Assembly (NCBI GenBank): GCA_041675645.1
Contig: JBAYTN010000001.1
Span: 145,061 to 209,060 of the forward strand
DNA: 64,000 nt
DNA from: Melioribacteraceae bacterium
GTDB taxonomy: Bacteria > Bacteroidota > Ignavibacteria > Ignavibacteriales > Melioribacteraceae
Direction of reading: 5' to 3'
This document shows, one piece after another, positions 55,576-64,000 of the stretch. The notes below the pieces were generated by a model. It had not been told where the DNA came from. It saw only the letters and a list, made by a program, of their open reading frames with translations, and made no database searches. The translations under genes and the position numbers were made by a program. Each line of letters starts with the position of its first letter. Within the stretch, counting starts at the first letter, position 1.

Positions 55576-57741
55576 TCAAATTTGGACTTTCGCCCTTGGC
55601 AAAGTAAAAGTAAAAGTGGTTCCGCTGTTTTCTTTACTATTAAAGGAAATCTGTCCTCCATTAATTTCGACCAATTCTTTACAGATTATTAGTCCAAGTC
55701 CGGTTCCCTTTTCGTCGTTTGTACCGCGAGATGTTGTTTGAACTTCCAAATTAAAAATTTTATCTCGAAATTCGATTGGAATACCGACCCCATGATCAAC
55801 AACATTAACTATAACAACATTCTCTAAGCTTTTCGCGGTAATGTTTACTACTCCCTTTTCATAAGTAAACTTTATTGCGTTCGTAACTAAATTTTGAATT
55901 ACAGAGTGAATCATTCTTCTATCGGCTAAAACAAGTGTATTCTCCGGAACTTCGTTAACTAGCTTTATGCTTTTTCGTTCAGCATTTTGCCCCAGAAGGA
56001 AAAGAGAATGGGATAATTCTTCGTTTAAGTCGAAAACTTCCGGGTTATACTCCATACGTTTAGATTGAAGTCTGGACCAATCTAGTAAATTTTCCAGCAG
56101 CATATAAATATCTTTTACCGTTCTATTCAGTTTTACTAGATAAACGTTTTTCTCTTCTTCACTTAACTCTTCGCCCCCCTCGGCCAAAATTTCCGCTAAT
56201 CCCTTTAAACCAAAAAATGGACTTTTAAGATCATGCGAAATAATTGAGAAGAATCTATCGCGCGATTTTATGGTGCTTTCCAGCGCATGGGATTTTTCTT
56301 CTATATCCCGATTCATTTTTTCAAGCTGACGTTTTATTTTTTGGATAGATCTGTACCTAAACAGAAGGACAACCAATGCAAGCACAATCAATAACGATAC
56401 TATATATAAATAAACAGTTTTGTTCTGCTCTTTCTCGATTTCCAAATTTTTAATTTTCAACTCGTGATCTTTAGAATCAACATCGTAGATAACTGAAAGC
56501 TCTAAAATTTTATCTCTCGCTTCTTTACTCCAGACAGAATCCAGCACGGTTGAATATTTTTTTAAGTATTCAAATGCTTGATTTGTATTTCCTCTTATCT
56601 GATTTATATCAGATAGTTCCTTGTAAATAGCCGCTTCAATTCTTTTGTTGCCGATCGACAGTGCGTAATTAAGAGCGGCGTTTAAGGAAGATTGAACACT
56701 TGCAATATCTCCCTCTTCTTTTTTAACCCTGGCAATATTTAACAGTACCGTGGCTATACCAAATTTATCTTTTAGCTGTTTTCTAATTTCAAGAGAGCGA
56801 TTATAATACTTACCGGCTTCATCATATTTTTTTTGAGCTAGACATATATCGCCTAAATCATTATAAGAATAAGCCATGCCGCTTTTATCGCCGGCAAGTT
56901 TTTTAATTTTAAGCGATTCATTTTGATAGTATGTGGCCTTCTCAAAATCCTTGAGTTTGTAGTAGCTCGCTCCCATATTATTTAGTACACGACCTAAAAC
57001 ATAGTTATCTCTTAATACGTAAGCTATATCTAAAACTTTTTTTGAATAGTAAATTGATTGATTGGTTTGATTCATTTCGTTATAAAGAAAAGCGATGTTA
57101 TTTAAGGTGAGACCAATTTCAAATTTATCGCCCACAGCTTCTTTTATTTTCAACGATTTGAAGAAATAATCCAGTGCTTTGTCGTAATCACTCCACTTCC
57201 AATATATCAGCCCCATGTAGTTTAAGGCTTCAGCAGAAATTTCTTGTGCATCGGAACTATCGGCAAGGTTATGCGCCTTGCGGTAAAATTGAAACGCCTG
57301 TACAAACTGATTTCTTCGCCAAAAGACTAAGCCAAGACTATTATATGTGCGGGCAATTTCTTTAGCGTTTTCCAGTTCGCGATAAATTGACAAAGCACTT
57401 CTGTATAAACTTTCGGCTTTTTCTAAATTATTCAGCGAGTAAAATAGAAATCCAAGATTGTTTTCTGCGTATGCCTCGCCCCGGGCATAATCTTTTTCTT
57501 TTGCGATTGATAATGCTTCTTCAGCGTAGATTCTGGACTTTTCGAACGAGCTTCTTTTAAGAAGGTGTGATAATTTATTAAGCGCATCTACGCGCTCAAT
57601 TCCCGAAAGCGAAGGAAGTTGCTTTTCAAGTTCGGCTGTATTATTTGTTTGTGCCAATGTAAATGTAACGAACAGCAGCAAACTAAATAGCACAAGTACC
57701 GAGCGTTTTTTATTATTCAATATATTTAATGTGTTTAACAC
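55576..57741 (-). CDS. TPR-repeat sensor histidine kinase (membrane-anchored)
   Basis: Signal/TM segment, then about 8 TPR repeats, a TM helix (LYIVSLLIVLALVVLLF), a coiled coil, the HisKA H-box FFSIISHDLKSP, and HATPase_c G-boxes (DHGVGI, GTGLGL). Confidence 0.8.
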   Translation of the reverse strand: MLNTLNILNNKKRSVLVLFSLLLFVTFTLAQTNNTAELEKQLPSLSGIERVDALNKLSHLLKRSSFEKSRIYAEEALSIAKEKDYARGEAYAENNLGFLFYSLNNLEKAESLYRSALSIYRELENAKEIARTYNSLGLVFWRRNQFVQAFQFYRKAHNLADSSDAQEISAEALNYMGLIYWKWSDYDKALDYFFKSLKIKEAVGDKFEIGLTLNNIAFLYNEMNQTNQSIYYSKKVLDIAYVLRDNYVLGRVLNNMGASYYKLKDFEKATYYQNESLKIKKLAGDKSGMAYSYNDLGDICLAQKKYDEAGKYYNRSLEIRKQLKDKFGIATVLLNIARVKKEEGDIASVQSSLNAALNYALSIGNKRIEAAIYKELSDINQIRGNTNQAFEYLKKYSTVLDSVWSKEARDKILELSVIYDVDSKDHELKIKNLEIEKEQNKTVYLYIVSLLIVLALVVLLFRYRSIQKIKRQLEKMNRDIEEKSHALESTIKSRDRFFSIISHDLKSPFFGLKGLAEILAEGGEELSEEEKNVYLVKLNRTVKDIYMLLENLLDWSRLQSKRMEYNPEVFDLNEELSHSLFLLGQNAERKSIKLVNEVPENTLVLADRRMIHSVIQNLVTNAIKFTYEKGVVNITAKSLENVVIVNVVDHGVGIPIEFRDKIFNLEVQTTSRGTNDEKGTGLGLIICKELVEINGGQISFNSKENSGTTFTFTLPRAKVQI

Positions 57742-57749
57742 TTCATTTT

Positions 57750-58982
57750 CTATATTGTATGTACCAGCAAACCGTCCCGCAGCTTTGGCTCAAACCAAGT
57801 GGATTTAGGAGGCATTATTTCTCCGGCATCCGAAATACCTATTAAATCACCCAGTGTTACGGGATACATAGAAAAGGCAACTGCTGCTTTTCCACTGTTA
57901 ACTAATCTTTCAAGTTCTTCCGTTCCCCGAATTCCACCTATGAAATCTATGTTGGTATCGGTACGCGGATCTTCAATTCCCAAAACCGGATGCAATAAAT
58001 AATTTTGGAGAATGCTTACATCTAAATTATCGCCAATTGTCTTGCCCGGTTTAACGTTTTCGTTAGGCAATAATAAATGCCATTTTCCATTTAGATACAT
58101 TCCAAATGTTTTCTTTGCTGCTGGACTTGTTTTATCAGTTTCTTCAATGGAAAAATTTTGTTTTACTTTAATCACAAACTCCGTTTCGCTCATTTTCAGT
58201 TCGTGTACAACACGGTTGTAGGGAAGAATTCTTAATTGTTCCGCCGGAAATAGAACAGCGAGAAAATAATTATACTCTTCGGAACCATTATGTGCCGGAT
58301 TCTTATCCATTTTAACTTTTTGCGCCCGGCTTGCACTTGCAGCGCGGTGATGCCCATCGGCTATATACAAATTTTTAACTTTAGCTATCCCACTAATTAT
58401 TACATCATTTTGTTCGGTCGGCAAAATCCAAACACTATGTTTTATTCCATCAACCGAGGTGAAATCATAAATCGGAGAAGCTTTTTTCATCGTTTCATTT
58501 ACAACTTTATCAATTTCAGTAACTGCTTTGTATGTTAAAAATACCGGCCCGGTTTGCGCTTCGGTTGCTACAATATGATTTGTTCTATCGTCTTCCTTTA
58601 CTTTTCTTGTCTTCTCATGCTTTTTGATAACGTCATTATTGTAATCCTCAACAGAAAATGTAGCCGCTAGACCAACTTGAGAATGGTCTCCCATTGTCAG
58701 TTTATAGATGTACAAACATGGGGTTGCTTCCTGAACAAGCGGGGCTTCTATTTTCAATCGTTCAAAATTCTCTTTTGCTTTCGCATAAACTTCTAGTGAA
58801 TAAGCATCGGTACCATCTTTCAATTCAATTTCAGAGCGAGTTACACGTAAAAAACTAATTGGATTTCCCTTTGCAAGTTCGGCTGATTCTTCTTTATTAA
58901 CTACATCGTAAGGTACACTTGCTACTAAATGTGCAACTTTTGCATTTGGGCGGACAGCTTGAAAAGGGCGAATAATAGCCAT
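57750..58982 (-). CDS. DUF1015 domain protein
   Basis: The 410-aa N-terminus MAIIRPFQAVRPNAKVAHLVASVPYDVVN is the conserved DUF1015 opening. The family is commonly linked to serC/serA in Bacteroidota. Confidence 0.7.
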   Translation of the reverse strand: MAIIRPFQAVRPNAKVAHLVASVPYDVVNKEESAELAKGNPISFLRVTRSEIELKDGTDAYSLEVYAKAKENFERLKIEAPLVQEATPCLYIYKLTMGDHSQVGLAATFSVEDYNNDVIKKHEKTRKVKEDDRTNHIVATEAQTGPVFLTYKAVTEIDKVVNETMKKASPIYDFTSVDGIKHSVWILPTEQNDVIISGIAKVKNLYIADGHHRAASASRAQKVKMDKNPAHNGSEEYNYFLAVLFPAEQLRILPYNRVVHELKMSETEFVIKVKQNFSIEETDKTSPAAKKTFGMYLNGKWHLLLPNENVKPGKTIGDNLDVSILQNYLLHPVLGIEDPRTDTNIDFIGGIRGTEELERLVNSGKAAVAFSMYPVTLGDLIGISDAGEIMPPKSTWFEPKLRDGLLVHTI

Positions 58983-59058
58983 GTTTTCTCCAGATATTAA
59001 AATTTTGTAGGTGAAATTAGCACATAAAGGTCTGATTGCAAAATGGCCCCAAAGTAAA

Positions 59059-59083
59059 ATGCCCGAGCTTTTGACCCGGGCAT
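59059..59083 (-). terminator. terminator hairpin downstream of the thioredoxin-like gene
   Basis: atgcccg-agcttttgac-ccgggcat. Confidence 0.45.
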
Positions 59084-59108
59084 CTTTTAAAATGGATGAG
59101 AAGACGGT

Positions 59109-60983
59109 TTATTGAATCATGCCAATCATCAATCCTAGTTCTTCTACCAATTTTACTGCATCGCCGCCAAAGCCAACGCTTTTGAAACGTATATTTCCAT
59201 TTCCATCAATGATAAACTTTGTTGGAATGCCGGAAACTTTGTAAGCCGTGATTACATCATTTTTGTCATCAAGAAGAACGTGGAATGGATAACTGTTCTT
59301 GGCAATAAAGTCGGTAGCGTTTTTCTTTTTGTCTTCTACGTTTTCCCAAGTGTTAACAAATAAAAACTTCACTTTTCCACCGGATTCATATTTTTCAACT
59401 GCAGTTTTCATTCCCGGAAATGAAGATAAGCATGGACCGCACCATGTAGCCCAGAAATCAACAATAACTACCTTACCTTTAAAGTCTGCTAGAGAAACTT
59501 TCTTGCCATTTAAATCGAGCAGACTAAACTGCGGTGCCGGTTCATTCAGCAATTCTTTTTTCAAGTTAGCCGTTTTCTTATCGAAGGCTGCTTTTTCGAA
59601 TGTGGCAACATATTTATCAAATCCGGTTTCACTTCCGCTCTGTTTTACATAAACTTCTTTTAATTGTTCTTTCATCTTTGCTGTGCCTTGCTCACCGGAT
59701 AAGTACTTTTCCAACTTAGCTTGGGCTTCTTTTGTGTTGCCCACAGCAATTAGAGCAGAAACATATCTTTCGTTTGTTTCACCCTCTTGTTCTTCTCGAA
59801 GCTGAACTGCTTCTGCTAAAGCCTTTACAGCTTCTTCTTTCTTGCCGACTTTAAGCAGAATTGCGCCGTATGTATCCAATACCATTCCCATAGATCTTAG
59901 AATGCTTTTTTTATACTCGGATTCAGTTTGATATGGAGTTCTTTTCATATCTGCGTAGAAAATATTTTTTCTTCCTAGCTCGATTCCTTTTGCAGCAAGT
60001 TCCAAGGCTTTGTTTATATCAGCATCTTTTTCATACATAGCCCAAGCTAAGGTATTGTAATTCATAGCCGTAGGATTGGCAATTTTTGTGTTAGTATACT
60101 CAATTGCTTTATCAAACTGACCAGCTTTTATATATTCATTAACTATTACTCCTTGGATGTAGCTTACATAGTTGCCTTTAGGAAATTTTGTAATGTATTC
60201 TTCCCCGACTTTTAGTTTAGCATCAAAATCTTTCGCGGCACGAAATTCCATAAACTTAGGAGCTTGTGCAGCGCTTCCTTCCGGAAATTTTTCTAACATA
60301 ACTTTTTGAAAAGGTGCGGCTTTATCTGCAGCTTTTGCGCGTGTATAACCATTTACTACAGCACTTAACTGAGCTTCATTTAATTCATTTGGATTTGTGA
60401 AAGCGGCAAGTTCAGCAAGAACTAACTCATTCCCTTTTTCCTTTAGTGCCGAGCCAATTGCAGAGATATAGTAGGTTAGATAATCTTTCTTTAAAGAGGC
60501 ATTTTCATCAAGGTCTTCGCGGACAAGTTCAAATGCTTTTTCTTTATCAATTTCGGTCCCAATTAAATCACCGTAAAACATATTAAGCAATCCAACGCTT
60601 GCATTTGCACCTCCCACAGCTTTGCCAGCGGCATCGTGTGCAAGAACCACAAATCCTTTTTTGGAATTGTTATCAACTTCTTCACCGGAAACAAATTTTA
60701 GAAAAGCGCCTTTGCATGTATCCGCCATCTTGAACTTTGCAGTCCAAATATTTCCGGCTTTTGTCATCTTGAACTCATCGGAAGAACTAAGCAATACGCT
60801 AAACTGATGAGCAACAAGAGTAATCTCCTTTGCTTCTGTCAGCTTTGTCCCTTGAGGGTTATAAGAAACAGTAATTTCATCGCCGGCTTTTGGCTTTTCC
60901 GGTTTGAATGTTACTTTGCCTTGAGCAAAAATTAATTGCTGAAAGATTATTCCAACCAACAACAAATAAACTACTTTTTTCAT
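59109..60983 (-). CDS. secreted TlpA-like thiol:disulfide oxidoreductase with N-terminal TPR-like domain
   Basis: Signal peptide. The C-terminal thioredoxin fold has KGKVVIVDFWATWCGPC (CxxC). Confidence 0.8.
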   Translation of the reverse strand: MKKVVYLLLVGIIFQQLIFAQGKVTFKPEKPKAGDEITVSYNPQGTKLTEAKEITLVAHQFSVLLSSSDEFKMTKAGNIWTAKFKMADTCKGAFLKFVSGEEVDNNSKKGFVVLAHDAAGKAVGGANASVGLLNMFYGDLIGTEIDKEKAFELVREDLDENASLKKDYLTYYISAIGSALKEKGNELVLAELAAFTNPNELNEAQLSAVVNGYTRAKAADKAAPFQKVMLEKFPEGSAAQAPKFMEFRAAKDFDAKLKVGEEYITKFPKGNYVSYIQGVIVNEYIKAGQFDKAIEYTNTKIANPTAMNYNTLAWAMYEKDADINKALELAAKGIELGRKNIFYADMKRTPYQTESEYKKSILRSMGMVLDTYGAILLKVGKKEEAVKALAEAVQLREEQEGETNERYVSALIAVGNTKEAQAKLEKYLSGEQGTAKMKEQLKEVYVKQSGSETGFDKYVATFEKAAFDKKTANLKKELLNEPAPQFSLLDLNGKKVSLADFKGKVVIVDFWATWCGPCLSSFPGMKTAVEKYESGGKVKFLFVNTWENVEDKKKNATDFIAKNSYPFHVLLDDKNDVITAYKVSGIPTKFIIDGNGNIRFKSVGFGGDAVKLVEELGLMIGMIQ

Positions 60984-61056
60984 TTTCTGATCCCATTATG
61001 ATTTTGAACGGGATTAAAATAATGAGGTTTAGTTGGAAAGCCAAAGTAAAATTGGG

Positions 61057-61764
61057 TTAGAAATTCATCACCACGTCAAATAAAATAAATCCGGCGTTTT
61101 CTGTGGCCTTAATTTCCAAACTTTCTACACCCGATAACTTAATTGCATCTCCGCTGGAAAGTTTCGTCTCGGTAACTTCAACTGAACCATCTGTAACGTG
61201 AATATAAATTCCACGGGGTTTTTCAGTTTTGTATGTTATGCTTTTATCTGTTTCAAGATCAGCCAAATAAATTTTAGCATCTTGATTAATAAAGATTACG
61301 CCATCAGCATGATTGTTACTTGCAACCAGCAATAGTTTGTTCTTTTTTTCCGACACTTCATAACGAATATCTTCGTAAGCTGGCTTAAGTCCATTTTGAT
61401 TAGGCATAATCCAAATTTGATACAGCTTTAGAATTTCTTTATCCGAAGCATTAAACTCCGAATGAAATATTCCTTTGCCGGCAGACATTTTCTGAACTTC
61501 ACCGACACGGATTATTCCTTCGCCGCCGGAGCTATCACGGTGAGCAACTGCACCTTGAGTTACTATTGTAACGATTTCCATATCTCTATGAGGATGAGTT
61601 GGAAATCCACCGCCCGCTTGAATTAAATCATCATTAATTACTCTAATTGGACCAAAACCCATGTTTTTAGGATCGTAATATTCCCCGAATGAAAAACTAT
61701 GGTAACTATCCAGCCAATCTATTTTTGTTCTACCCCTCTCTTTTGAACGAAGAACTTCTAACAT
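61057..61764 (-). CDS. pirin family protein
   Basis: Cupin motif PTHPHRDMEIVTIVTQG and HSEFN, with overall pirin N-domain similarity. Confidence 0.8.
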   Translation of the reverse strand: MLEVLRSKERGRTKIDWLDSYHSFSFGEYYDPKNMGFGPIRVINDDLIQAGGGFPTHPHRDMEIVTIVTQGAVAHRDSSGGEGIIRVGEVQKMSAGKGIFHSEFNASDKEILKLYQIWIMPNQNGLKPAYEDIRYEVSEKKNKLLLVASNNHADGVIFINQDAKIYLADLETDKSITYKTEKPRGIYIHVTDGSVEVTETKLSSGDAIKLSGVESLEIKATENAGFILFDVVMNF

Positions 61765-62183
61765 TAACTTCCCTTTCGTATTACTATTTCTTTTATTGAA
61801 CTTGAAACTTTTAATGATTCGATTCTAGTTTCAAACTGTTCTGTGTTAATTATTTTCTGCTTAAGTGAATTCAATAGATGTGAAAACCGAAGCAGCCACA
61901 CAGCTTTTTTAATATCGTCTTCACTTTCAAAATAATAAGAGATCCAGCCGGTTTGCGGAAAAATATGATGCGGCTTGGCTAAACCTTCGGAGACCAAAGC
62001 TTCGCGCAATTTATTTCCCAAAAGAATATCCATTGTTCCGAAATTGTGTATATGCCCAATCTCTTTTCCATTAAGCTGAAACTCTATTCCGCCAAATCTA
62101 TGTGGATGAATAGAAACATCATCCCAGAGAGAAAGCTGATCTGAAATTTTGGTTTGTATCTCTTTTATTATTTTCTTTTCCAT
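61764..62183 (-). CDS. small luciferase-like-domain family protein
   Basis: HPHRFGGIEFQLNGKEIGHIHNFGTMDI...PHHIFPQTGWISYYF matches the small 'luciferase domain' protein family pattern. It overlaps the pirin gene start by 1 nt. Confidence 0.5.
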   Translation of the reverse strand: MEKKIIKEIQTKISDQLSLWDDVSIHPHRFGGIEFQLNGKEIGHIHNFGTMDILLGNKLREALVSEGLAKPHHIFPQTGWISYYFESEDDIKKAVWLLRFSHLLNSLKQKIINTEQFETRIESLKVSSSIKEIVIRKGS

Positions 62184-62207
62184 AATACCTCAACAAGGAA
62201 ACCGCAC

Positions 62208-62663
62208 TTAAAGTTTAATAACATTAATTCCCAATTTTTTTAATAGATCGCCTAAATTTTTCTGTTCGTCTGCCGTTAACACAGACATATATTTCGTAAT
62301 CTGCTCCGCATGTTCAACAAAGACTTTATCGAAAAGATCTTTTCCTTTTTGAGTTAGCTGGACAAGAATCGCGCGTCTATCTTCTTTACTATGTGTTCTT
62401 TCTATGAATCCAAGTTTCGCAACATTATCCAGCACGAGAGTCATGTTCCCGCCGCTGGCAAGCATTTTATCGCAAATTTCTCCAACCTTTAGCGGACCCA
62501 AATGACCAAGAACTTCGACTACTGCAAATTGCGGCTGAGTTAAACCAAATACTCTAATGCTATCAACAGCTTTTTTGTTAAAAGAGGTGTAAGCTCGTGC
62601 AAGTTTTACCCATGTTGACAAGGCTAAATCTGCTTTTTTTCCATATTTTTTTGTCGTTTTCAT
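62208..62663 (-). CDS. MarR family transcriptional regulator
   Basis: Winged-helix region LTQPQFAVVEVLGHLGPLKVGEICDKM...RTHSKEDRRAILVQLTQKG. Confidence 0.8.
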   Translation of the reverse strand: MKTTKKYGKKADLALSTWVKLARAYTSFNKKAVDSIRVFGLTQPQFAVVEVLGHLGPLKVGEICDKMLASGGNMTLVLDNVAKLGFIERTHSKEDRRAILVQLTQKGKDLFDKVFVEHAEQITKYMSVLTADEQKNLGDLLKKLGINVIKL

Positions 62664-62768
62664 TTTTTATCACTAACTAAATTATTACGACATCAAAATA
62701 ATTATAACCGGAGGGTTTGTCAAGTTGTACTATAAAAGCTAAATTTGCTGCAAGAGAAAGGACAAAAA

Positions 62769-63149
62769 ATGCCTCAAGTTGATGTTAAATACTTTACTCC
62801 GCGTGAAGCGCAGAAAACTTTACCACTGGTTAAACAGATCGTAAGAGATATTCTTGCAAATGCGAATAAGATTAAAACTATTGCTGAATCAATAGGTGAT
62901 GACTTTGAAGAGAACCATGAAGTAAAAACACTAACGGCACAAATACATAGTTTTATGCGAGAACTAGAAGAGATTGGGTGCACTTACAAGGATTGGAATT
63001 TTGAAATTGGATTAGTCGACTTTCCTTCTGTAATAAACGGGAATGATGTTTTACTCTGCTGGAAAAGTGACGAGGAAGATATTCGCTTTTATCACGGTTT
63101 GTTGGATGGCTTCAGCGGTCGCAAAGAAATTCCACAAGAGTATCTTTAA
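62769..63149 (+). CDS. DUF2203 family protein
   Basis: MPQVDVKYFTPREAQKTLPLVKQIVRDIL... resembles the DUF2203 N-terminus. The ORF in the track starts 8 codons earlier. Confidence 0.5.
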   Translation: MPQVDVKYFTPREAQKTLPLVKQIVRDILANANKIKTIAESIGDDFEENHEVKTLTAQIHSFMRELEEIGCTYKDWNFEIGLVDFPSVINGNDVLLCWKSDEEDIRFYHGLLDGFSGRKEIPQEYL

Positions 63150-63202
63150 TGCTCTTCATTCTGATCTCACTAATCGCGAGATCAGAATGAAAACACATAG
63201 CT

Positions 63203-63631
63203 TTATTTCACTTCTTCAATTCTATACGAATGCGTTATCTCAATAGACTTTTGCAACATCGCAGTAACGCTGCAATAAGTTTTTTGAGAAAGCTCTATTG
63301 CTCGTTCAACAGCTTCCTTTGGAATATCGTTTCCGTAAAAAACATATTCCAAATTAATCTTGGTATAAACTTGTGGATGAGTCTCTTGAACTTCGGCTGT
63401 TAAAAAAATATCAAACCCATCAACATTAATTTTTTTCTTTTTCAAGATTACCGCAACATCACTTCCGGTACAGCCGCCAAGCGCCAAAAGCAATAGTTCT
63501 TTTGGGCGAGTTCCGGCATTGCTTCCGCCAAATTCTTCCGGTCCATCCATAGAAACCCAATGGTTTGAATCGGCTTTACCCATGAATGTTACACCTTTGA
63601 TATGCTTAACAACTGCTTTTTTCTCTGCCAT
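63203..63631 (-). CDS. OsmC family protein
   Basis: 142 aa with LLLALGGCTGSDV and ...KTYCSVTAML, the two conserved Cys regions of the OsmC/Ohr family. Confidence 0.8.
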   Translation of the reverse strand: MAEKKAVVKHIKGVTFMGKADSNHWVSMDGPEEFGGSNAGTRPKELLLLALGGCTGSDVAVILKKKKINVDGFDIFLTAEVQETHPQVYTKINLEYVFYGNDIPKEAVERAIELSQKTYCSVTAMLQKSIEITHSYRIEEVK

Positions 63632-63761
63632 GTCAAATCCTTATTATTTTTTATAGTTAGATGTTTTTGACTAAGGAACGATTCTTAAATTATTATTGTG
63701 TTTTTTTTGTTTTATCTAAGCAACCTCGGTTGTAGATTGGCTTATTAAAATAAGGGAAAAA

Positions 63762-64000
63762 ATGAAACAAGCAACTATTAGCAAACACATAGATATTTTT
63801 GGTTTTCCTATGGACTTAGGCGCCGGAAGACGTGGCGTAGATATGGGTCCTTCTGCCTTACGAATTGCCGGGATTGAGCAGCAGCTCGAACATCTTGGTT
63901 ATGATGTTACAGATCATGGTGACGTATTTATTAAAAACCAAGAGCGACAAGTCGTTAAAAATCCCAACATGAAATATCTTGATGAAATAACCAGAACGAC
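63762..64000 (+). CDS. arginase/agmatinase family protein (5' part; truncated by window end)
   Basis: MKQATISKHIDIFGFPMDLGAGRRGVDMGPSALRIAGI... is a typical arginase-family N-terminus. The ORF runs off the window. Confidence 0.7.
   Translation, partial: MKQATISKHIDIFGFPMDLGAGRRGVDMGPSALRIAGIEQQLEHLGYDVTDHGDVFIKNQERQVVKNPNMKYLDEITRT

Noticed and set aside
1-64000. tRNA, rRNA or other stable RNA genes
   Set aside because: I found no cloverleaf-compatible sequence with a GTTCRA T-loop and no rRNA-like stretch by eye. The hairpin clusters do not fit tRNA structure.

Overview
This is a 64 kb chromosomal window from a low-GC bacterium; GC looks to be in the high 30s by eye. Protein families are Bacteroidota/Ignavibacteria-like (FCB group). 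One giant protein ends in a T9SS type-A C-terminal sorting domain. There is a tricorn protease and DUF5916, DUF1015 and DUF3788 family proteins, and many secreted proteins with QQ/AQ signal-peptide cleavage sites. I call about 50 protein-coding genes. I found no rRNA, tRNA or CRISPR. Most of the window is core metabolism and housekeeping: tsaC/sua5, hisN-like IMPase, M24 and tricorn peptidases, GH13 and GH5 glycosidases, hflX, two MIO ammonia-lyases, serC, and a TPR sensor kinase. Several parts stand out. (1) An 8 kb gene at 18400-26316 encodes a 2638-aa surface protein with ten lamin-tail domains, CARDB-like Ig units and a T9SS CTD. It contains nearly identical ~800 bp tandem repeats. A lipoprotein and a PorV-like outer-membrane barrel are transcribed divergently from it. 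(2) An accessory insertion hotspot lies at about 39.8-42.5 kb, between the M28-PPIase gene and trhO. A YhcG/DUF1016 PD-(D/E)xK nuclease gene is flanked by two diverged copies of the host gene's last ~30 codons, and both copies keep the reading frame. Next to it, an HNH-nuclease gene and a 107-aa partner with a 4-nt start/stop overlap are bracketed by a second pair of imperfect ~55 bp direct repeats. This is the best candidate for an undescribed toxin-immunity or defence module. (3) An IS200/IS605-type Y1 transposase gene has a 4-nt start/stop overlap with a 54-aa single-helix ORF. It sits between two diverged histidine-ammonia-lyase paralogues, and three hairpins lie upstream of it. (4) A secreted protein fuses an M28 peptidase with cyclophilin and FKBP domains. 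(5) A flotillin carries an internal triple repeat. (6) There is a dense array of seven palindromes at 2.58-2.85 kb. All functional calls come from motif and family recognition by eye. No database search was run.
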